Assembly: GCA_964410395.1 (NCBI GenBank)
Contig: CAYPGS010000018.1
Location: forward strand, 1-64,000
DNA from: an uncultured bacterium
Lineage (GTDB): Bacteria > Krumholzibacteriota > Krumholzibacteriia > JACNKJ01
Direction: 5' to 3'
DNA length: 64,000 bases
Below, in pieces: positions 55,788 through 64,000 of this stretch. A model generated the notes under the pieces. That model made no database searches and was not told the DNA's origin. It worked only from the letters and a program-made list of their open reading frames with translations. A program made the position numbers and the translations under genes. Positions within the stretch are counted from its first letter, which is position 1, and each line of letters starts with the position of its first letter.

Positions 55788-56697
55788 CCTTCTCGCCTCC
55801 GATGGTCACGGGCAGGCCCGCTTCCCGCAGAATCGTTGCCAGGGTTTCCAGACGTTCCGGCGAGGCCTTCATGTCCCCTGGCAGATTCCAGTCCATGCCG
55901 AATCGCGCATGCTTGTCGCGGGATCCGGCGTGGAAGGGCAGCAGGGTCACGCCGCTCAAGTTTAGCATGCCCGAAAGCCGCGCGGCAGTAGCCCGCATGT
56001 TTTCCGCGTCGTCGTTGACGCCGGGAATCACCGGCACACGCACCTCCAGGGAGCGTCCCATGCTCTCGAGCGTGTCGAGGTTCGATAGGAGCTGCCGGTT
56101 GCTCGACCCGGTGAAGCGCCGATGTCGTTGCTCGTCCATGAGCTTCAGGTCGAAAAGGATGAGCTCGGCCCGCTCGGCCACGGCCGCGAAGAGCTCGGGC
56201 TCGGCGTGGCCCGTGGTGTCCACGGCCCGATGCAGGTCGGCCTGGCCGCAGAGCTCCAGGGCTTCGATCAGGAACTCGGGCTGGGCCAGGGGCTCGCCAC
56301 CGGAGAAGGTCACGCCGCCGCCGGACTCCTCGTAGAAGACTCGATCCCGCTCGAGTTCCGCGAGCAATTCGGCCGTGTCCACCGAACGTCCCAACATCTC
56401 ACGAGCGTTTGTGGGACAGGCCGCAACGCATTCCCCCCGCAGACGACAGCCCGACTCGTCGGTAAGACTCTTGCCCGCCGCCAGCCTGATCGCCTCTTCG
56501 GGACATGCCTCGACGCATTTACCGCAGCCCAGGCAGAGTTCGGCGCGGAAGAGCAGCATGGCCTCGGCGGCCCGGCTCTCGGGATTGTGGCACCAGGGAC
56601 AGAGAAAGGGACAGCCCTTGAGGAAGACCGTGCTGCGGATTCCCGGACCGTCATGCACCGAGAACCGCTTCAGGTCGAAGATCAGGCCTCGGACCAT
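55780..56697 (-). CDS. Glycyl-radical-enzyme activating enzyme (radical SAM with ferredoxin-like insert)
   Basis: FSVHDGPGIRSTVFLKGCPFLCPWCHNPE (CxxxCxxC) plus CLGCGKCVEACP and CRLRGECVAACP auxiliary clusters. Overlaps the GRE start by 8 nt. Confidence 0.9.
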   Translation of the reverse strand: MVRGLIFDLKRFSVHDGPGIRSTVFLKGCPFLCPWCHNPESRAAEAMLLFRAELCLGCGKCVEACPEEAIRLAAGKSLTDESGCRLRGECVAACPTNAREMLGRSVDTAELLAELERDRVFYEESGGGVTFSGGEPLAQPEFLIEALELCGQADLHRAVDTTGHAEPELFAAVAERAELILFDLKLMDEQRHRRFTGSSNRQLLSNLDTLESMGRSLEVRVPVIPGVNDDAENMRATAARLSGMLNLSGVTLLPFHAGSRDKHARFGMDWNLPGDMKASPERLETLATILREAGLPVTIGGEKDE

Positions 56698-58562
56698 GGC
56701 GCCTGCGCCTTCTCCTGCTGCGAGAACTGCATCTCGTAGAGCTGGCGATAGAGTCCGCCGGCCGCCATGAGTTCCTCGTGCCGACCCTCCTGGACGAGGC
56801 GGCCACCCTCGATCACGGCGATGCGATCCGCGCCGCGAATGGTCGAGAGCCGGTGGGCGATGACCAGGGCCGTGCGGCCGGCCATGAGCCGGTCGATGGC
56901 CTCCTGCACCAGAAGCTCGCTCTCGGTGTCCAGAGCGCTGGTCGCTTCATCGAATATGAGGATCTCGGGATCCTTGAGCAGGGCCCGCGCGATGGCGAGC
57001 CGCTGCCGTTGCCCGCCCGATAGCTGAAGACCGCGTTCGCCGATGATGGTGTCGTAACCCTCGGGCGCCTCGAGGATGAAGTCGTGGGCCCGGGCCGCGC
57101 GCGCGGCCTCTTCCACCTGTTCGCGGGTCGCCGATGGACGTCCGTAGGCGATGTTGTTCAGGATACTGTCGTTGAAGAGCAGCACGTCCTGGGTGACGAT
57201 GCCGAACTTGTCGCGCCAGGCCGAGAGCGAGAACTCGCGCAGGTCCCGTCCGTCCATGGAAAGCCGTCCGCCGCCGGGCTCGTAGAAGCGCGCCAGCAGG
57301 TCGGCCAGGGTGCTCTTGCCACCGCCGCTGGGTCCGACCAGAGCCACCACCTGGCCCCTGGGAATGTCGAGATTCAGCTCGCGTATGACCGGCAGATCCT
57401 TGCGGTACTCGAAGTCCACCGACTCGAAACGGATGGCCTGCTCCAACGGACCCGGCGCATCACCCTTGTCGAGGCTTGTGCGCTCGGATTCCTCGTCGAG
57501 AATCTGGAAGATGCGCTCCCCTGCGGCCACGCCCTCCTGCACGATCTGGTTGAGCTCGGAGATGCGGCGCAGGGGACCCACGATGCTGAGCACCGCCACC
57601 ACGAAGAGCACGAGATGGCTCGCCTCCATGTGGCCCTGCAGAACCTGCACGCCGCCATACCCCACGATGATGACCACGGACAGGCTGCCAAGCATCTCCG
57701 AGAGCGGTGCGTTGAGGGCACCGAGGGCCCGCAGGCGCACGGAGCTCTTGAAGTAGTCCCAGTTGAAGTAGCCGAAGCGCTTGACCTCGTCGGCCTCCCG
57801 ACCGAAGGCCTTCACCACGCGGGCGCCGGTGACGGTCTCACCGATGGCGGCGGCCATGTCGCCCATGCGCACCTGGATGCGCGTGCTGTCCCGCTTGAGC
57901 AGTCGGCCGAGGGTGCGCAGCAGCAGGGCGTTCACCGGCACGATGAGGAAGGTGAGCAGGCTGAGCCGCCAGCTGATGGCGAAGATGATGACCAGGCCCA
58001 CCACCACCATGAGTCCGTTGCGGAAAAAGGAGGCCGTGGCGCCGACGATGGCGCCCTTGAGCGTATTCACGTCATTGACCACGCGGCTGATGAGCACGCC
58101 GGTCTGCTGCCCGTGGAAGAAGCCCAGCGGCAGGCGCTGGAGGTGCCCGTAGAGGTCGCGCCGGATATCGTAGAGGCTCTTCTGTTCCAGGAAATGAACC
58201 AGGTAAGCCTGGATGTAGTCGAAGAGGTTCTTCAGGAAATAGGCCAGCAAGATGACCAGCAGCCCGCGCAGCAACCGCTCGCGGCGCTCGCCTTGATCCA
58301 GCCAGCCGCGGGCGCTGGCGAGGGTGCGATCCTTCCAGGCGCCTGCCTTGTCCACGAAGTTCGGATCCACGGCCACCGGATCGCTCAGCTCGATCTGCAC
58401 GGGGCCGGGGGGTTCGTCCTTGAAGAGGTTGTCCAAGAAGGGGACGATGAGGGTGAGCGAGATGCCATTCATGGCCGCGAAGAGGAAGATCGCCGCCAGG
58501 GCCAGGATGCAGCGGCGCCAGTAGGGCCGCAGGTAGGACAGCAATCTCGACGTGGTGCTCAT
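56682..58562 (-). CDS. ABC transporter, fused permease/ATPase (MsbA-like exporter)
   Basis: 626 aa. Six N-terminal TM segments, Walker A GPSGGGKST, signature LSGGQRQR, Walker B ILIFDEATSALD. Overlaps the activase start by 16 nt. Confidence 0.85.
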   Translation of the reverse strand: MSTTSRLLSYLRPYWRRCILALAAIFLFAAMNGISLTLIVPFLDNLFKDEPPGPVQIELSDPVAVDPNFVDKAGAWKDRTLASARGWLDQGERRERLLRGLLVILLAYFLKNLFDYIQAYLVHFLEQKSLYDIRRDLYGHLQRLPLGFFHGQQTGVLISRVVNDVNTLKGAIVGATASFFRNGLMVVVGLVIIFAISWRLSLLTFLIVPVNALLLRTLGRLLKRDSTRIQVRMGDMAAAIGETVTGARVVKAFGREADEVKRFGYFNWDYFKSSVRLRALGALNAPLSEMLGSLSVVIIVGYGGVQVLQGHMEASHLVLFVVAVLSIVGPLRRISELNQIVQEGVAAGERIFQILDEESERTSLDKGDAPGPLEQAIRFESVDFEYRKDLPVIRELNLDIPRGQVVALVGPSGGGKSTLADLLARFYEPGGGRLSMDGRDLREFSLSAWRDKFGIVTQDVLLFNDSILNNIAYGRPSATREQVEEAARAARAHDFILEAPEGYDTIIGERGLQLSGGQRQRLAIARALLKDPEILIFDEATSALDTESELLVQEAIDRLMAGRTALVIAHRLSTIRGADRIAVIEGGRLVQEGRHEELMAAGGLYRQLYEMQFSQQEKAQAPWSEA

Positions 58563-58670
58563 GGCCGGGAATGTAGCAAATTGAGGTCGAAAACCGCCAG
58601 CCCTGTGCTAGGCTCTCACGGAAGGATGGAAATCGCCTAAGGTCCCGATTCAAGGGGAAAGGGAGGATCC

Positions 58671-58778
58671 ATGCATATTCTGGCCATTCTGGGACAGTTC
58701 TTCGTCGGCGTCCGGGTGTTGCTCATCGGCGTCGCGGCAATCTGGTTCGTGACCATGTACAACGAGAAGCAGGGCTAG
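58671..58778 (+). CDS. Possible 35-aa hydrophobic mini-protein
   Basis: Not in the track because it is under 60 aa. GGGAGGA SD lies 5 nt before ATG 58671. Product MHILAILGQFFVGVRVLLIGVAAIWFVTMYNEKQG has one TM segment. Confidence 0.35.
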   Translation: MHILAILGQFFVGVRVLLIGVAAIWFVTMYNEKQG

Positions 58779-58814
58779 AGCACTCGTCGGCAGCCGCCTC
58801 GAAAGGAATTCGCC

Positions 58815-59168
58815 TTGCCCGAGGACAGGAAGATCAACTATCTCGAGCTTCCGGCCGAGGATCTCGACGCGGTACAGAAGTTCTACGCGGCCGTCTTCGG
58901 GTGGACCTTCACGGACTACGGCCCAGACTACCGCGCCTTCAACGATGGCTTCATGGACGGCGGTTTCTATCGAGCACCGCTCTCCTCGAAGACGGGCGAC
59001 GGCGCCGCGCTCATCGTGCTCTATGCCGAGGAGTTGGAGAAGGTGCTGGCGGAGGTCCGGGCGGCGGGCGGATCCATCGTGAAAGAGATCTTCTCCTTTC
59101 CGGGCGGTCGGCGATTCCACTTCGCCGATCCCGCGGGCAACGAGTTGGCCGTCTGGACCGACCGGTAG
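58815..59168 (+). CDS. VOC/glyoxalase-family protein
   Basis: 117 aa. INYLELPAEDLDAVQKFYAAVFGWTF...RRFHFADPAGNELAVW. TTG start as given by the track, so the start is uncertain. Confidence 0.7.
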   Translation: MPEDRKINYLELPAEDLDAVQKFYAAVFGWTFTDYGPDYRAFNDGFMDGGFYRAPLSSKTGDGAALIVLYAEELEKVLAEVRAAGGSIVKEIFSFPGGRRFHFADPAGNELAVWTDR

Positions 59169-59430
59169 CCAACAGCCGTCTAAGTTGTTAATTTGTTAGG
59201 TATTGTGCCCAATCAGGATCCCTGCTCCTGCTTGCCCAGTCCGTGACTTGAGCTATACTTTTCTTACGGAATCGCCGAGTTGTCTGGATCGAGTGGTGTG
59301 GTGGATTCGGCCCATTCTGCAATCATGAATCACCTCATGTTTTCCGCTGCGCACTGATCCTGTTGATCTCATCATCGCCGACGATGGCCTCAGGGGCCGT
59401 TCGGTGATCCGATCCAATAGGAGGCGCCCG

Positions 59431-60374
59431 ATGCCCAGAACGCCGCACGTTTCGCTCGCACTCGCCCTCTTCCTGTTCCTCTCTGCCATGTCCGCGCTGG
59501 CCCACTGGGATCCTGGCGACGGGCACAGATGCACTTCCCCCAGCTTCCCTATGACCTGGTCTATCCCTCCGAATTCGGAATCGATGTGGCATTCGCGAAC
59601 ACGCGACTGGCCGATGATTGGGGCTGCATCGAGTCCGGTCCGGTCGACGAAATCCATGTCTGGGTATCCTGGCGCAACAATATCGTCATTCCAGTGGGCC
59701 TGATCGGGGTTAGAATCTGGTCCAATGATCCTGACGGGCCTGGAGGCTACCCCGTTCCTGGTCAGCTCCTGTGGGAACGCTTCTTCGACCCCTCGGAGTA
59801 CACCGTGCGGCCGATGGAAGACCATATACAGGGCTGGTTCGATTTCGTGGCCGGGAATTTCTGGGAGAACAATCACGAATCCTGGCATCAGATCAACATC
59901 GTCGACATCGTCGAGCCCTTCCATCAGGAGTATGCAACTCTGTACTGGCTCGAGCTCGAATTCGATCAGTCCGATTTCGCCATCGGCTGGAAGGTGGCGG
60001 GCGTCGCCGGCTTCCAGGGCACGGCCCTCTACTGGGACGGCGATTGGAAGGAGATGATCAATCCCCTCACCATGCAGCGGATCAGCCTGTCCTTCGTCAT
60101 CGACGGCGCCGCCCAGCCCGAGGGCTGCTGGCTCTGCTGTCCCCTGGAAGGCGACATCCTCGTGAGCACCACGGGGTCGGGCCGGACCACGCCTGACTTC
60201 AACGGAGACAAGGCTGTCACCATCGCCGACCTCGGGATCTTCGCCACCTGCCTCTTCGGCCCCTACGACCCCTGCTGCGATTTCGACTGCAACGGGGTCA
60301 CCGACATCGCCGACTTCGCCATCTTCGCCTCGCACTACTATCATAGCGGGAGCCACGAGTGCAGCTGCCCCTGA
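59431..60374 (+). pseudogene. Secreted protein with C-terminal dockerin-like repeats, -1 frameshifted after the signal peptide
   Basis: AGGAGG SD, ATG 59431 and signal peptide MPRTPHVSLALALFLFLSAMSALA are in frame 1. The domain (MHFPQLPYDL...LADDWGCIESGPVDEIHVWVSW...DFNGDKAVTIADLGIFA...DFDCNGVTDIADFAIFA) is in frame 3 (track ORF 59529..60374). Confidence 0.6.
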
Positions 60375-60393
60375 TCGCGTACTCAGACCCATG

Positions 60394-60423
60394 AAAAAAC
60401 CCCCGCCACATGGCGGGGGTTTC
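60394..60423 (-). terminator. Rho-independent terminator (bidirectional hairpin)
   Basis: AAAAAA-CCCCCGCC-acat-GGCGGGGG-TTT. On the minus strand it follows the peroxiredoxin stop. Confidence 0.8.
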
Positions 60424-60443
60424 GCATTGGGATGCTCGTATCG

Positions 60444-60914
60444 CTAGCCGACCAATTCCTTGGTCTTCGCGAGCAGTTCCATCGGCTGACGCGCGCCGTC
60501 GGGACCGACGGACTTGGACCAGAGGACCTTGCCATTCTTGTCGATCAGAATGGTGGCGCGGTCGGAGATGCCCGCTTCATCCAGCCACAGGCCGTAGGCC
60601 TTGGACACTTCGCCCTTGGGATGGAAGTCGGCCATCAGGGGAAACTTGATGCCGTCAAAGGTGCTCGCCCAGCCCTTGTGTGTGAACTTCGAATCCACGC
60701 TCATACCCAGAACCTGGGTATCGATGGCCTCGAACTCTTCGAGAAGAGCGTTGAGGCCAGGGATCTCGATGCTTCAAGTGGGCGTGAAGTCGAGGGGATA
60801 GGAAACGAAAAGCACATTCTTGGAGCCCTTGAAATCCGAGAGCTTGACGATCTCGTCCAAGTGGCTGTCCAGGCTGAAATCCGGAGCGTTCGCGCCGGCT
60901 TCGATCAGGGCCAT
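60444..60914 (-). CDS. AhpE/BCP-like 1-Cys peroxiredoxin with in-frame TGA (60774..60776) at the peroxidatic position: candidate selenoprotein
   Basis: Track ORFs 60774..61094 and 60444..60704 are in the same frame and are separated by one TGA. The joined product has YPLDFTPT-[TGA]-SIE, which matches PxxxTxxC, and the conserved Arg (DRATILID). GGAGG SD lies 7 nt before ATG 60914. Confidence 0.7.
60726..60758 (-). other. Candidate bacterial SECIS stem-loop
   Basis: The mRNA 15 nt 3' of the UGA reads GGCCUC-AACG-CUCUU-CUCG-AAGAG-UUC-GAGGCC. That is a 6-bp lower stem, an internal loop and a 5-bp upper stem. An alternative fold is CUCGAA-GAG-UUCGAG. Confidence 0.4.
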
Positions 60915-61080
60915 GGATTGCCTCCGTTTGAGGTGAAAGTGAATCGCTTGCTTGGCGACAATATCCCACAAGGCTTCGGCTTTCTCAACAGGCAGAGTGC
61001 ACTCAGGATTCCGCGATCCTGAACTCCGCATCTGAAGGGCCTTCGACGACGAATCGTGGCAGTGGGCCGGCGGCGGGCAT

Positions 61081-61116
61081 GAAAAATCCCCCACCTGCTG
61101 GCGGGGGGTTTTTTTA
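61081..61116 (-). terminator. Rho-independent terminator after the thioredoxin gene
   Basis: AAAAA-TCCCCCACC-tgct-GGCGGGGGG-TTTTTTT, flanked by runs on both sides. Confidence 0.7.
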
Positions 61117-61131
61117 TGGCTTTGGCCTTGT

Positions 61132-61500
61132 TTACAGGTGTTTTTCGAGCCGAGAGATCAAGCTGTATCGTGGTGGAACGCCGGCGATGGTGTCCACGGG
61201 GCGGCCTTTCTCGAAAACGAGCAGGGTCGGCAGGCTCTTAACCTCATAGCGAATGGCCAGGTCGCGGTCCTGGTCCACGTTGACCTTCGCGAAGCGGAGC
61301 TTACCGCCCATCAGCTCATTCATCTCCTCGAGCATGGGCTCCATGGACTTGCACGGCTGGCACCAATCTGCCCAAAAGTCAACAATGACAGGGGTTTCCG
61401 AGTCCGAGATGACTTCATCGAAGTTCTGGGCGTTCAGGGGCTGGAGCTTGTCCAAGTAAGGGTCCTCCTCAAGGGTACTCTGCGCGGCGAATGTCACCAT
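61132..61500 (-). CDS. Thioredoxin
   Basis: VIVDFWADWCQPCKSMEP (WCxPC) and ...VKSLPTLLVFEKG. Start ATG 61500 (GAGGG SD) or ATG 61521. Confidence 0.85.
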   Translation of the reverse strand: MVTFAAQSTLEEDPYLDKLQPLNAQNFDEVISDSETPVIVDFWADWCQPCKSMEPMLEEMNELMGGKLRFAKVNVDQDRDLAIRYEVKSLPTLLVFEKGRPVDTIAGVPPRYSLISRLEKHL

Positions 61501-61716
61501 AGCCCGGACCCTCAGGTCCATCACAAGGACTTTTTTGAAGAAAATTTGGGGCCTCCAGAATTAAGGTAAACGCGGAATGAAGTCGCCCAGTTTTCAAGAC
61601 TTGCGGGACCTATATCAATAAAGAGCAGGTTAGACAGATAACGGGTTGTCCACATAATCTAATAAAGATGCTCACTCGGCTCTTCGTTTCCGGCAAATCC
61701 TTTCTTCCCAACTTCT

Positions 61717-61745
61717 TGCCGAGCCCCTTTAGCTGTGCTATATCA
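61717..61745 (+). promoter_or_regulatory. Possible sigma70-type promoter of moxR
   Basis: TTGCCG (61717..61722), 17-nt spacer, TATATC (61740..61745), inside an AT-rich divergent intergenic region. Pattern-only evidence. Confidence 0.25.
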
Positions 61746-61843
61746 TGCCGGAACTTTCCCCTGCCCCCGGCGTAGATGCGCGCCCTTTCCCCAGCGGGGC
61801 AAACCCTTACAAACAGTAACCTTCAGGATCAGGGAGCCTTCCC

Positions 61844-62830
61844 ATGGAGACGAATTACGACATCGAGGTGCTCAACGAGCGGGTGGAGCGCGAGAGCCGT
61901 TTCGCGCGGGAGATCAGCGAGGAGGTTGGCAAGGTCATCGTGGGCCAGCGCTACCTGGTTGACCGCCTCCTCATCGGACTTCTCTGCGGCGGCCACGTGC
62001 TGCTGGAGGGACTGCCCGGCCTGGCCAAGACCCTGGCCGTCTCCAGCCTGGCCGGCGCCGTGAAGGCCGACTTCCGGCGCATCCAGTTCACTCCCGACCT
62101 GCTGCCGGCCGACCTGGTGGGCACGCAGATCTTCGATCCGGGCAGCGGCGACTTCCACACGCGCAAGGGCCCCATCTTCGCCAACTTCATCCTGGCCGAC
62201 GAGATCAACCGCGCGCCGGCCAAGGTGCAGAGCGCGCTTCTGGAATCCATGCAGGAACGGCAGGTCACCCTGGGCGGCGAGACCCATCCCCTTCCCGATC
62301 CCTTCCTGGTGCTCGCCACGCAGAATCCCATCGAGCAGGAGGGCACCTATCCCCTGCCCGAGGCCCAGGTGGACCGCTTCATGTTGAAGGTGAGGGTGGG
62401 ATACCCCAGCCGCGACGAGGAGAAGCAGATCCTCGGTCGCATGGGCGGATTGGATTCGCCCTCGGTGACCGCGGTGACCGATCCGGCGAAGATCGCCGAG
62501 GCGCGCAGGCTCATCCACGACATCTATATGGACGAGAAGGTGAAGGACTACATCATCGACCTCGTCTTCGCCACCCGCGAGCCGGCCAGCGTCGGACTCG
62601 GCGAGCTGATCACCTACGGCGCCAGCCCGCGTGCGACGCTCTACCTGGCCCAGGCGGCCCGGGCCCACGCCTTCCTGCGCGGGCGGGGTTACGTGACCCC
62701 CGAGGACGTGAAGAAGATCGGCCTGGACGTGCTGCGCCACCGCATCATCGTGAGCTATGAGGCCGAGGCGGAGGAAATGGACAGCGACGCGGTCATCGCG
62801 CGCCTCTTCGACGCGGTGGAAGTGCCCTAG
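61844..62830 (+). CDS. MoxR-family AAA+ ATPase
   Basis: 328 aa. VIVGQRYLVDRLLIGLLCGGHVLLEGLPGLAKT (Walker A), ILADEINRAPAKVQSALLE (Walker B), VLATQNPIEQEGTYPLPEAQ. Confidence 0.9.
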   Translation: METNYDIEVLNERVERESRFAREISEEVGKVIVGQRYLVDRLLIGLLCGGHVLLEGLPGLAKTLAVSSLAGAVKADFRRIQFTPDLLPADLVGTQIFDPGSGDFHTRKGPIFANFILADEINRAPAKVQSALLESMQERQVTLGGETHPLPDPFLVLATQNPIEQEGTYPLPEAQVDRFMLKVRVGYPSRDEEKQILGRMGGLDSPSVTAVTDPAKIAEARRLIHDIYMDEKVKDYIIDLVFATREPASVGLGELITYGASPRATLYLAQAARAHAFLRGRGYVTPEDVKKIGLDVLRHRIIVSYEAEAEEMDSDAVIARLFDAVEVP

Positions 62831-62833
62831 GCC

Positions 62834-64000
<1,167 letters not shown>

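Overview
High-GC (over 60% by eye) bacterial chromosome fragment with about 55 densely packed genes. I found no rRNA, tRNA, CRISPR array, transposase or integrase. Housekeeping genes (carA/carB, moaA, acyl-CoA dehydrogenase, 5'-3' exonuclease, thioredoxin, MoxR/DUF58, a glycyl-radical-enzyme operon) alternate with a large secreted-protein repertoire. Five large hydrolase or repeat proteins (a C25 gingipain-like protease, an S8 subtilase, two thermolysin-clan/M36-like metalloproteases, one WD40 protein) carry an ~80-aa FlgD-Ig/T9SS-type C-terminal domain (NPFNP...GVYFYRL...MVLIK). That pattern suggests an uncultivated FCB-superphylum organism. Observations worth a second look: (1) a peroxiredoxin whose peroxidatic Cys codon is an in-frame TGA with a SECIS-like hairpin, a candidate selenoprotein that the ORF track splits in two; (2) seven signal-peptide proteins, five of them in one cluster at 21.6-26.8 kb, ending in a short shared tail [W/F]-[S/G]-x-[I/L/V]-K-x-[L/M]-[Y/F](R)-stop that I cannot match to a named sorting signal; (3) three of the secreted-protein genes are interrupted just after the signal peptide (two -1 frameshifts, one TGA); (4) a low-GC four-helix-bundle (23S-IVS protein/Avd family) gene bounded by perfect 31-bp inverted repeats built from a 7-nt TGA ladder; (5) a ~70-nt paired-hairpin module starting 5 nt after the stop codon of three T9SS-cargo protease genes. 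The many long ORFs antisense to real genes are high-GC artefacts.
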